From a virus, in the IMG/VR virus record IMGVR_UViG_3300032373_000002, positions 1-64,000 of that record: DNA of 64,000 nucleotides. The stretch is one strand, 5' to 3'. The first letter of the stretch is position 1; each line of letters opens with the position of its first letter. This document shows positions 18,756 to 30,700 of this stretch, in pieces. The translations under genes and the position numbers were made by a program. The notes beneath the pieces are model-generated. The model was given only the letters and a program-made list of their open reading frames with translations, was not told the origin of the DNA and ran no database searches.

Positions 18756-21151
18756 TGAAGCCCAATGCTGGCATGATGCGCCAAGACCTCCGGGGCCGGA
18801 AGCTCCGCAAAGAACGGGCGGGAGGCGGTGGGGAAGATGCCCAGCTTCGGATCGCCAAGGTCACCTCCGTAGATCCGCTGCGCAGGACTTGTTCCTTGTA
18901 CACCCTGACGGGCAACGGCGACACCTACGACGATGTTCCGATCACCGCCCCATCGGCGGGAGCACGCCACTTCTTGGGGGGCATCCCCGAGGTCAACGAC
19001 CTCTGCATCGTGGGCTATTCTCCTGCGGAAAGCGGATACTCCCGGACCCCTTACATCGAGCGGTGGCTCATCCCCGGGGTCGACGTAGGATACGACTGGA
19101 TCACGACTTCTCCGACCCGCCCAGGAGAAGTCGAGATGACCCCGGCACTGCGAGAAGCCTTGCAGGGGTCTTTCGGTAGGAGGCGGCACAAGCTCCGTCA
19201 GATGAACCCTGGCAACATCATGGGCTCGTCCTCTCAGGGGAGCGACCTGCTCTTGAGCGAGAGCGTCTACATGAGCAACCGGCGAGGCAACGAGCTCTGG
19301 TTGCGGGACCAAGACCAAGCCCTCGTGACCCGGACCCTTCAGCAGTTCCATGCCGGGGCAGGTGTCCGCGCCTACTCCGGCATGGTCCAGCGAGACGCTA
19401 CGCTTCTCCCGACGCAGCTGTTTACCGACTCCATCGACTGGGAGGGGGACCAACAAGTCGACCAGGAAGGCAAGGCGCTGACCTCAGGGGACCTGGACGA
19501 TGACGTCCCCGGACGGTTGCAGGTCTCTTCAGTGTTCGGGGACCCCTCCTTGAGGATGGGGCGCGTCAGTCCTCAAGACACCTTGCGGCGGGGTCTGTTC
19601 ATCGACGCTCAAGGATTGATTTATGACGACCGAGTCCGACCCACTGCAACCTACGGAGGCAAGCCCCTCCACCGGGTGAGCATCGACGGTCAGAACGGGG
19701 TGCCCGAGTATGGGGAAGAGGTCCTCACCGAGTGGCGCTGGGAGCTCTCCCACACTGCGGACGGAACTCTCCCAGTCACTGAGCAGACGGACGGTATCGA
19801 CATCGACCGTCTGCTACCGTCTGCCCCTCAGACCCAAGTAGACGGGGCCGGAGACCCCAACCCGCTGAACCGCTCCCCCCGAGAACGGTTCGTGGAAATG
19901 GTCATGGGAACGGTGGTGGGCAACGACCCCATCAACGAGCGGGACTCTTATGGTGTCCCGCTCGTTCCACGCTTGTACGACGATAACGGGAACTCGGCAC
20001 CCGCAATCGTCGCTGCGGGTGCGCTGACGCCGATCACTGACCACCTCGCATGGATGGTCCGGGTCCGGAACCCGACCGACCCCAAGGCCCCCGAAGCCTT
20101 CATGGGCATCACCAAGGGGGGCGCGTTCCGCAGCTACTTCCCTGGCGCTGGCAGCAAAGGGCATGAGGAGTTCTATCAGACGGGGCGGGTCAGCACCTTC
20201 GGCCAAGACAAGGATGGAGTCTCCCAGCGGATGGAAGGCTCCGGGACCATGGTACTCAAGAACACCGGACGTGGTCGCCCCTCCGACAACCTTGGTGTCG
20301 AAGTCTCCTCCGAAGGCGGGTCAGTGCTCATCTACGCGGGAGCAGCTTCTACCGAAGGGGCAGCCTCTTTGGGGGCCGATGACCTAAAGACCCCAGCCCA
20401 AGAGAGCTGGGGTCTCACCCTGAGGAGCGCTAAGGGCACCCTCCTCGAAGCGCGCGAAGACCTGAAGCTGGCCGGCCAGCGGGTCCGGATTGAAGACGCC
20501 GACCTCGTCCAGATCACCAGCAACTCCGTCTTCGCAGTCAACGCCAACGAAACTGCCAGCATCAACACCAAGAGCTACAGCTTGACCACCTCGGGAAAGG
20601 CCGAATACACCTTCGGCGGACCCAAGAACAGCTTGCCAACCAACGGGCCTGCACGCTCTACGTTCTTCACGGTCTCGCCCTTGACGGGAGGGCTCGGTGG
20701 GGTCGAGGACTCCTATGAGATGGTCTTCGGCGGGCGCAGTGAGGTCTTCCGGTTGGGTCGCCACGACACCGACGTGAACGTAGGGTCCTACAACATCCGG
20801 ACGATGGGCGCGAGCCTTCCCTCCGTAGGCACCGGGTCGGGCATCCACCTTGCCACCGGGCTGCCTGGAGTAGACAACACTCTCGACATCGACCTCACTG
20901 GCGTGAGCCTCACTGCCAAGGTGGGCACTGCAACACTCACTGCGGTGGCAGGGGCGGCTGCGGTCAGCGGGAGCATCGGAGTCAGTCTGAGTTCTGCTGC
21001 GGTCATCAGCATGACCGCGCTCGCTGTTCAAGTAACAGTCCCCACTGCACTCGTCGGAGGAGTGCTGACGGATGGTTGCTTGGACCCGCTCACCGGCAGA
21101 CCGTTCTTGTTGAGCGGAACGATCGGGGTTCCCAACTTCCGCGTAGGATAA
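18755..21151 (+). CDS. baseplate central spike (gp5/GpV-like)
   Basis: N-terminal OB-fold signature (IAKVTSVD...GIPEVNDLCIVGY); C-terminal beta-helix-like repeats; follows hub. Confidence 0.7.
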   Translation: MKPNAGMMRQDLRGRKLRKERAGGGGEDAQLRIAKVTSVDPLRRTCSLYTLTGNGDTYDDVPITAPSAGARHFLGGIPEVNDLCIVGYSPAESGYSRTPYIERWLIPGVDVGYDWITTSPTRPGEVEMTPALREALQGSFGRRRHKLRQMNPGNIMGSSSQGSDLLLSESVYMSNRRGNELWLRDQDQALVTRTLQQFHAGAGVRAYSGMVQRDATLLPTQLFTDSIDWEGDQQVDQEGKALTSGDLDDDVPGRLQVSSVFGDPSLRMGRVSPQDTLRRGLFIDAQGLIYDDRVRPTATYGGKPLHRVSIDGQNGVPEYGEEVLTEWRWELSHTADGTLPVTEQTDGIDIDRLLPSAPQTQVDGAGDPNPLNRSPRERFVEMVMGTVVGNDPINERDSYGVPLVPRLYDDNGNSAPAIVAAGALTPITDHLAWMVRVRNPTDPKAPEAFMGITKGGAFRSYFPGAGSKGHEEFYQTGRVSTFGQDKDGVSQRMEGSGTMVLKNTGRGRPSDNLGVEVSSEGGSVLIYAGAASTEGAASLGADDLKTPAQESWGLTLRSAKGTLLEAREDLKLAGQRVRIEDADLVQITSNSVFAVNANETASINTKSYSLTTSGKAEYTFGGPKNSLPTNGPARSTFFTVSPLTGGLGGVEDSYEMVFGGRSEVFRLGRHDTDVNVGSYNIRTMGASLPSVGTGSGIHLATGLPGVDNTLDIDLTGVSLTAKVGTATLTAVAGAAAVSGSIGVSLSSAAVISMTALAVQVTVPTALVGGVLTDGCLDPLTGRPFLLSGTIGVPNFRVG

Positions 21152-21157
21152 AAACCC

Positions 21158-21727
21158 ATGCCACTCACCGCTGCTGCCATCAGCGCCGCCATCTTCGGGG
21201 CCGACCCTTCTCTGAACGGACCCAGCTGGCCTGCGCTGGTAAGCGCGGTGAGCGTATCTTTGGTGGCTTGGGCCCCTTCAGTTCAACTACGAGGTCTCGT
21301 CACCGGAACGGCTTCTCCCGGAGGGGCAGTGACGGGCAAGTTCCGCGTGTTGGTTGCGCCGATCGCGACCCTCTCCTCGTTCGGTGCCGTGGGGTTGCTC
21401 GGGCCGACCGCTCCGAGGATCGCAGCAGCCATCGGCATCGGAACGGCCAATGCCCTCAACTCCTCCGCAGAGTATCGGGGGGCTTCAACAGGGGCAGTCG
21501 GCACGGACACGTCGAAAGTGATCCAGGCCCCCAGCGGGATCTTGACAGGACTGGTGGCCTCAAACCTAAGCGGGCTGGGCTTGAGCGGCCCGGAAGCCAG
21601 TCTTCTCGCGGGTGGCATCGGCAGCGGTATCGCCCTTATGGTATTAGCAGGAGCAGGAACCGGAGTCGCTACCGGCGCGGGCAGCGCACTGGCAGGGGCA
21701 GGGACCTCCCTCAGTCGTCTGAGATAA
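21158..21727 (+). CDS. small Gly/Ala-rich baseplate (spike-tip-associated) protein
   Basis: Position after spike; G/A/S/T-rich composition. Confidence 0.5.
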   Translation: MPLTAAAISAAIFGADPSLNGPSWPALVSAVSVSLVAWAPSVQLRGLVTGTASPGGAVTGKFRVLVAPIATLSSFGAVGLLGPTAPRIAAAIGIGTANALNSSAEYRGASTGAVGTDTSKVIQAPSGILTGLVASNLSGLGLSGPEASLLAGGIGSGIALMVLAGAGTGVATGAGSALAGAGTSLSRLR

Positions 21728-21730
21728 ATC

Positions 21731-24700
21731 ATGAGCTTCAACTTCGACGGATACATCCTGCGACCGGCCAGGTTCGCAGGATCCAACGCCCCTTCCTCTT
21801 CGGAGGCCACGAGCGGGGTCAGCCGCGCCCACATCACTCCGGCAGAGATGACGGGGTTGGGCTACGACGACGCCCCGGCGAGGGCCGTGGAACCTTATGC
21901 GGACCAGTACCGTGCCAGCTTCCTCTTGAGCCCAGAGCAATCCGAAGAAGAGTATCTCATCTTTGCGGCTACCTCTGGTAGCTGGAGCGAACTGGACTCC
22001 TCCTTGTTTTTGAGGCAGGGGGACGTGACCCTCACCAGCTCCGCAGCAGGGGGCCTCAGCGTCACGGGGGGGTACGAAGATGGGACCTCTGCCCTGTACG
22101 TGCGGGATGGCGGGGGGCGTCGGGTCTCTACCCTGACCACACTCACCCTTCGACGGGGGGACACCGCTGCGGAAGTGGTCGCGGGGTACACCTTCGCCCC
22201 TTTGACGGGCAAGGCGGTGTTGGATGCGGGCACGCTGACAGCACTGGGGGGCGGGTTCAGCACCGAGCGGGGAGACACAATCCTCAGCCTCACCTATCAG
22301 GTCACGCCCCCCACTTTCTGGTGGACCAAGAACGACACGGACGCAGAACGGTTCGGGTGGGACGCGCGGGCGGAGCGGTGGGCACCCTTGCCTGGATCCA
22401 CCCCGGCAAGCCTGGGGGCAGCGGGCGCGGAAGGCTCCTACAAGCTCAATCCGCCCCCTTCCCGGTACGCGGTCGGAGAAGGGCTGCCGGGGGACTCCAG
22501 CGCCCCGGACGGCTATGCGATAGTTCGTGCGGGGACCCGGCCGGATGCGACCTCGACCCCCTTGGAAGTGTTGGTGGTCTCCAACGAAGATGCCTCTGGG
22601 GACTACCCTGCGGCAGGCGCTGCATACGATGCCGTAGTCGGAGAGACTTCCGGAACCCTGTTGCTGAACCCGGCATGGCTGACCAGCAACGCGGGCCTCA
22701 CGCTGTGGTATTCTCGTGAGAGCTATCCCCCGCGCAGTCCGGAGCAGAACGGGGAACTGGGGTCCTTGGGCGGGCTGGCGGTAGACTCCAGCATCGACCA
22801 CCCAGTGCTGGCTCCAGTCCCACTGCCCTGGGAGCGGCCCTTGGTGCGGCTGGGGTTCCGACGATGGCTCGATGCCAGCGGCGTAGACACCGATGCGGAC
22901 TTGCCCCTCCCCAGCACCATCAGCGAGGGGGAGTTCTACTGGAGCCGGACCACGGGCAAGTGCGCGTTCAGTGCGGAAGACATCCGCAAAGCGACTCCAG
23001 GTGAGGTAGGATACCAGCTTCCCTACTTAGGGGCGAAGATCTTCTCAGATGGGGTCGTCCTCAGCAGCCAGCCGCTCCAGACCAAGAGCGCGGCTCCTCT
23101 GGTCGATGAGAACGGGGACGAGCTGGACGGGGTGGGGGCGGGAATCCCCAACTCGGGGCCAGTCTACCTACTTCGAGCGCTTCCGCTGCCTGCCCCCGGA
23201 ACCGGCGGAGTGGAGTGGGTGCCGGACGGCTCCGGAGACCTTCCGGACCCTGTATCCACCAATCCCGAGACACGGGTGAACGGCTCGGGATTGGTCCGTT
23301 CAACAGAAGGGGTCGGGGACTCCTTCTTCTTCTGCGGGGATCGGGCTTTTGCGTTCGCCGAAGTGTTCGAGTACGAGGAAGACCTCAAGAGGTTCGAGTT
23401 CCGGGTGCCTCAAGACGAGGTTCAAGTCGCCCGTAACATCGCTGCCTCTCAGCCCGCAGGGGCAACGGATGCCTCAAGGGTCAAGCTGAAGCGCCGCAGG
23501 ATCGACGGCGAGCCCCTTTACTTCGTGCAACCGACGGTGACACCAGCACGGTGGACCGACGCTGCTCGAATCTACTCCCGCAAGGCTGGGCTGTACTCGT
23601 TGGACGGGTCCGAGGTGGTCCGGTTCAGCATCGATGGCACCACCTATGAATGGCTGGCATCGACCCTGGCTCCCCCGGCCAACCCTGCTGGCTACACGGC
23701 GGAAGAGGTCGCCGCCAGCTTCAACGCGCTCATCGGTTCGAGCCGGGCAGGGTCGGCGCGGGGCTACCTGTTCTTCGAAGCTGCCGACCCCTCCGCAGGC
23801 TCTGTCGAGGTGAGCTGGAACACCGAGCCCAGCGATCTCAGCGGCCACAGCGCACTTGGATTGCTTCCAGGATGGCGCATCGACTCCTCTGACCCCGCCT
23901 TCCGGTGGTTGGTAGACTCGGGGGTGTCTTATGGGATGTTCCGGTCCCCTCAGAACCTGGACAAGAGCACCGACGTCCCTGACGTGGTGGCCGAAGCGCT
24001 TCAAGAAGAGACCCAGGCGAGCTGCGACCTCGCCCCGGTGCCGTTCTTCACCATCTATCCGCCCCCGCTGGAGGACGTGCCTGGTTGGGAAGACGACGTA
24101 CACTTCCAGGTCGTGGCAGGACTCAACGCCATCAACCTCCGGAACCGAGGAGTGGATGCCGGGACGGGCCTGAGCCTCCGCTACGAGTTTGAGGACAACC
24201 GGATCCGTTGGGGTGCTGTAGGCACCTTGAGCAACAGCCCCATCCTTCAGGTCACCGCCACACTGAGCCTGGGCAACACCTCTGTCTTCGGTGAGACTGT
24301 AGACTCCGCAGCGATGGCCAGCGAGGGCACCGGCTACGGACTGTATGTTCGGGACCCAGGTGCCACCGCCTTTACAGAGCTGATCCCAGGCACGGAGTAC
24401 CTCCTGCCCGGAGACGGTGCGGCCGGATACGCCCAGCTCATCACCCTCCAAGGCCAGACCCTCACATCGGGCGGTGGGGGCACCTACTCGGCAGGGGGCT
24501 CCTTCAGTAACCCCAACCTGAGCCCCGACCCGACCACGGATGCAATCCTTCAGGCGAACCTGCTCGCAACAGTAGATCCGGGCGACTGGCTCTACCTTGA
24601 GGAAGGGGATGAAGCTGGGCTGTACCAGATCACCAGCAAGGCACTGGTGGGGGGAGACGCCACCTTCGACGTGGAACCCGCTTTCGGAGGGGCCGGTTCG

Positions 24701-27700
24701 GGCGTCTCTTGGGAGATCTTCGTCGGCCGCGAAGCATCGGTATACGACCCCAGCATCATCGCCGACGTTCAACAAGTCCCCTTCGGGCGGCTGCCTCCAG
24801 GAGAGGAGGACTGGGAGATCTGGACCCTGGAGCTGACCGGCACAGCGGGGGGTTCCCTGGTATTCTCTTCTCCGGAAGAGCTGGCGGACGGTCGGGCGCT
24901 TCAGGTCCGTTTCGGCCAAAGCTATGTTCCGGCCAACATTACCCCACCCCAACTTATTACGGAAGGTAATGAGGTTGGGGTCGTTGCCGCTGCAGGGCTC
25001 ACCCTCGACGTCTCGGATGACCACTTCCAGAACTCCGCCAGCGGGGCAGCCTACTTCCGGCTGCGGGTCGGAGAGGTCCTCTTCCAAGAGGGCGTAGACC
25101 TCAGCCTGGTGACCAGCTTCAGCCCCACGACCCCTGCCGGCACCATCGAAGTCGGGGAATTCGGATCGGGCATCTCTGGTCAGATCCAGGTCGCCAACGA
25201 CCTGGTATCGGTGTTCTCCGGTGCGACCCTCCTGTACGACCAGACCCTCTTCGCAGGCAGCGTGCTCAGCGCAGGAGATGTTGAGATCGACCCTGCCACG
25301 GGGGGCGTTCAGATCTCAGACGCAGATGCCACCGCCCATGCCGGGGAGCCAGTGTACCTGAGCCAGCGGGCACGGATCCCCGAAGACCTTCAGGTCTCCC
25401 CCCTCAACGGCAGTCTGTTCTTTGCCTCACCTCTCCGAGAAGGGGTGTTGGTCGAGACCCGCTACAAGACCGCTGACGCGAGCGGCTTGCCGGTGGGGAG
25501 TGAGATTGTAGAGTTCTTGCCTGTCTTGGTCCGGCTGGAGGAGGCCACCCGTATCGATGCCTTCACCTACTCCTTCAACGCTGCGGGCAAGACGCTCGGC
25601 GGCCAGCGCGGAGACGAGTACGTCTGGATCGATCCGGAGCTTCAGAACTTCGCCGGAGTGAACCAAGCCACGGTCAACGACGACTCCACCATCACCTTCA
25701 ATGCTCCGGTGGATGCATCCAGCACCGTCCTGATCAACTATCTGGTGCTGGAATCCTTCGGCGGGGAGCGAGCCTATCAGGTCTCAACGCCTCCTGTAGC
25801 GCGCCTGCCCATCCTCTTGGAAGCAGCTCAGACCGACTTGATGCTGGACAGCGACCGAACCGCCGAAGCCGAAGTAGGCAAGGTGCTGTTCCTCGGTCAG
25901 ACCCCCCTGTACTTGAAGGCGGTCACCTACGACGCCTCCGCTGACGCGACGACCCTCGAAGTGTGGCCTCCTCCGCTGACGGAGCTGGGCTCCCGCGCCC
26001 CAGGCCAAGACTCCGTGTCGGTCCTGACGGACCAGCCGGTGGCCATCACCATCGACCCCTCGGACCCCATAGCTGGAGGGGGCGCGGCGGGATTCTTCTT
26101 GGAAGTGTCCTCGGCGACCAACCCCAACAAGGAGAGCACCCCAGGAGCCAGCAGGATTACATTCGAAGGGAACACCACCACCTTTATGAAGGTGGGCCAC
26201 CTGTTGGAAGTTGAGGGCTATCCCTACCTGGTGACAGGCAACAGCCTGAGCGACGACGGCGCGTATACCCTGGTAGACTTGGGCAACCCCGTCTACCGAG
26301 AGCACCCCGCCGGTAGTGCTTGCCGGATCACGGCCCGACCCATCTACGGCATCACCCCTACAACCTTTGTGGGGTCGGGACCGTTCTTGGAAGGCTCCTA
26401 CCGACTCTTCCTTCAAGAAGAGGGTCAACCGGGAGCCCTTCTGGTCGCAGGGGTGGACTACGAAGCAAACCCCGGAACAGGTCAAGTCACCCTGCTCCAA
26501 GACTCCTTGGCTCCGGGAGCCAAACTCATCGCCGCGTTCACTGCTACTGATGTCCTGACCCCGACCGTCAGTGGCAACGCCGTGGTGACCCCCTTCTACT
26601 CGTCCCAGTACCTGTACGGGGTGACGCCCGACGAGAGCAACGGACTTCAAGGCAGCACGCTCCTCTTGAGGTACAGCTACCGCTCACCGGACTCCTTCTA
26701 CATCCAAGTACAACCGCTCCAAGAGTTCTTGCCTTTGGTGGCTCAGAAGGCGTTGGCGGCCAGCGCGCCCCCTTCAGGGGGAGGCACGACGGCCCTGGTC
26801 CCGGGTTGCACGGCCAACAGCGATCAGGGCGGGCTGGGCACTCGGGGGGAGGCCAGCGCAGCAGGGGACCTCGACGCAGGCGCGTCCCGCTACCTGGAGT
26901 TCTACCAGCGGGTGATTGAGTCCTTCGAGGAGGTGTTGGAACTGCGGGACGGGCGCAGGATCGGGGACCAAGACGGCAAGTTCCGCTACAGGATGCCACG
27001 CGGGCGCGCTTATGCTCCTCCCGGTTGGGAAGATGACATCACATCGGAGATCAATCCTCGGCTGATCTGGCGAGAGATCATCGATGAGTGGGCCGACGCC
27101 ACGGCCTTGGGCGACGGATACTTCCTGAAGACGGACCCCCTCAGCTCCCCCACGGCTACTGAGGAGGCTGACCCGACCGACCGACCAGGGGAAACGGAGG
27201 GACGGTCGCCGAACCCGAGCGAGCTGGCCCTCTTCATCGAGCTCCAACGAGCTCGCGTCAGCAATGACATCGAAGATGAAGTCCTGATCGGGCTGGATGC
27301 CCCCACAGGGCTGCGGGCACTCTTGCCAAAGCTCAACCTGAAGGGAAGGTTCGCCCCGCTCTGGGAACCTTCCACTCTGAGTCGACTGTTCCCCGAACGG
27401 ACCCGGCACTTCAGTCGGCTGGGGCCGGGCTTGCTGGCTGTTCGAGAGAGCAACGGCAGCTATTCCGACCCGGGCTTCTTCACTCCAGGGCGACGGGTCT
27501 CCTTGCCCGGCCCCCAGCCCGGAGAAGAGACCACCCAGATCGCAAGGACTCGTGGGGAGGTCATCGGCTCGGTGAGCAACCCAGCGCTGGGTCGGATCGA
27601 GAATGTGGTCGAGATCGATGCCGCCGCTCGACGGGCTCGTGCCAGGGTCTGGCGCTTCTATCCCGAGGGCAGCGCTGGACTGGATGCGGTTCTGGGCACG

Positions 27701-30700
27701 ACCACGGTGGGCACCGCCACCTTCGTGCTCAGCCAAGTCCCGCTGAGCCAGTTCCCCTTGAGCAGCGGGTGGCCCGACATCACCCAGCTCCTGAGCCAAG
27801 GGGGTGACACCGAAGACATCTCCAGCGGCAGCAATGAGCTGTTCGTGCCGGCATGGGAACCCGGAGATCAGATCGGCCTGGGGCTGCCTCCGACAGAAGG
27901 GGTGGCTGGGCGCAGCTACTTGATCAGCGACCCGGACGGCAACGGCGTCTTCGTGGGCTCAGTACAGGTGGGATGCGTCGTCACTCTGGTAGATGTGACG
28001 GGAGGCTCCTTGCGGGGCTCCGATCTCATCTTGAGCGGCAGCGGGGTCGACCTGAGCGAAGGGGCCGAGGGGTACACCCTGTTGGCAGTCGCTCCCACCC
28101 CCGACCTCAGCACCGTGCCAGAAGAAGGGGACTCGCCGACCCTGACCCAGACCACCGAGCTGGCGGGGGCCGATGGGGGCTATCGGATTCAGTTTGACCT
28201 GGGAGTGTTGGCGAACTCGGGGCTGCTCCGGGACCGGACGATGGCGGGGCGGGAGGACTTCTTCCCCCTGCCATCAAGGGACATCTTCGGCCAGACCCCC
28301 CCAACCCCGCTGAGCACGGTCGAAGGCACCGTAGAATTCCGCAACACCGACCGATCTCCGGCTCAACTCCCTGCCCTGCGGGGCCAAGCCAGGGACGACT
28401 CCGGGGATGAGCGCACCCCCTACCTTCAGGAGCGGACAGGGGAACTGACCCTCTTAGCTCAGATCTCGGAAGACTTCGAGCTGTTCCTGAGCCAAGACAC
28501 GGGCGGCACTCCCTACACTCCACCGCGCGCCGACCCTGACGAGACCCAAGAGTGGGGCGCAGTGTACCCTGACGAGCTGCGGTCCCGTACAGGGGAGTTT
28601 TTCGCTGCGAGGACCCTCACCCCCAGTCGAGACCCTGCCCGACTGTATGCGAGCGAGGACCTCCGCCCAGTTGAAACGGCTGGCAGCTACACTGCGGATT
28701 CCGGGGTCGGCGACAGCCGTCCGTTCGACCTGTTGTTCTTGGAAGTGGGCCAACCCCTGGTTCCGGGGAGCCTCCCCGCAGGGTGGACCGGCATCTTCCG
28801 GGTCGCTGAGGTCCAGGGCTACACGGCCACCGGGGAAAGCCTCAGCTGGGTCGAGCGACCCCGCTTCGTCGCGGAAGCCCCGCGAGGCGAGCTTCACAAG
28901 TACACAGTGCGAAATGCCTACGGCTACACCAGCGGGAGTTTCCCGGCGACCACGGGCGTGCAGGTAGGGGTCTCCGGCCCAGGTCCGGTGTTCCCCAGCA
29001 CCTACGCTTTCGGTAGCTCGGGTGCTGTGTTGGACTCGGGAGGCTCGCTCGCTGGGGGCATTCTGGCCCTCACCGGGTCAGGGACCAACGGCAACGCCAT
29101 CGTGATCCGGTTCTTCGACCCAGACCCGCTGGCGGCAGGAGATGCCTTTCTGGGGGCCATCGTCATCGTCGATCAGGCATCTGGAGGCACCCTGTACGTG
29201 TACCAGGCTTCGACTGGTACCGCCTTCACCCCAAGCCTGACCGGAACTGGAGTGACCTACACGGCAACCGCATCGCTCCAGATGTTGACGGCAACGGTAG
29301 ACCCGGTGAGCCTCATCGGTCTCACCTCTGGCAACTACTACGACTACACCATTGCCGTGGATGCCTACTGGGACAGCGACGTCGCGACCTACACGGGGGG
29401 AGCCTTGGCGCTGGGAAGTGGTCCGGGCTCCGTGACCTGCGGAGTGGACCGAGACCGGCTCACTTTCCGCGAGCGCGTCTCCTTTGCTTCGGCGCTGCCC
29501 CGGAACAGCTACCCCGCCAACGGCAACACAACTTATGACCTGGGGGCCTCCCTGGCGGTGTGGGAAGTGACTGCCAGTGCTGTCAGCGACTGTTCCGTGA
29601 ACGCCCCCACGGAAGTCAACGGCGGGGACCCGTTCACGTTCCTGGAGAGGGCTGGTCCCAGCCCCGACGGCAGCGTCAGCGCAGGGACAGCCTACGTCGG
29701 CACCTTCTTGCCCGGAGCAACGGGCTCCGAAGACGGAGAGCTGCGTGTCCTTAGCTGGGAAGAGAACAATAACACTCCGCTGGGGTCCGCGTTTAGTGGG
29801 GTGCGCCTGAGCATCGCGGCTTCCAGCAACCTGGAAGCAGGCGCACCGATCTTAGAAGGGAGCGGCTTCTTCCAAGACAGCACTGCGGCCGTGCTCACGG
29901 TAGACGGCACCCGCAACTGGGTCGGGACTGTCACCGCTTCCTCCGGCGGGTTGGCGAACCCTGAGCCAGGTGATGTAGTGGTCATCGATCAGGCCACGGG
30001 CGGGACCTCGGCGGTCAAGTCGGGGACTTATCTGTTGCGACACGCCGTGCCCTCGAACCTCACTTCCTCGGGGGGCACGGACCTGCAAGCAGAAGCGTTG
30101 CGGTCCGATGCAGGGACCAGGACCGGGTTGGATCTTCGCTGGCCGGAAGTGCGGTCCCTGGTCGGCGGCAGCCTGATCCTCCGGGGAGTGGTCTCCGCCC
30201 CCTACTCTAATTCCGGCTGCAGCTATCCAGACCCGGCCACGACCGGCAGCAACGAGTGGGTCTACTTGGTCCTGAGGGGCCGATACTCCACCTACAGTGG
30301 TGGCTCCTACGCTGTAGACGCCGACGCGGTTTATCGGGCGGAGTACTCCGCACTGTCCTGGGACCCAGCCGCAGGAGAGGCCACCTTCACCCTGACCGGC
30401 ACCTACGAAGACGCACTCGGTAACAGCCTCACTGCCGACCAATTCGCATCGGCGGCAGCAGTTGGGACTCGCGCCAGCGGAATGGTGTATCTGCCTCTCA
30501 CCTACGGTGATCTGGCAGCGAACAACCTCGTAGGCCACCGCCAGGACGACCTCGGCACTGCTCTGACCGCCGGACTGCGCCGGGCCATCTTCGGCAACCG
30601 ATACTCCCCGAACCATGGCAGCACCTCTGCAACTGCCCAAACCTGGGACAAGGTCAGTGCCCTCGGCGACGTCGAGCGCCTGCTCACCTCCTCGGTGGCC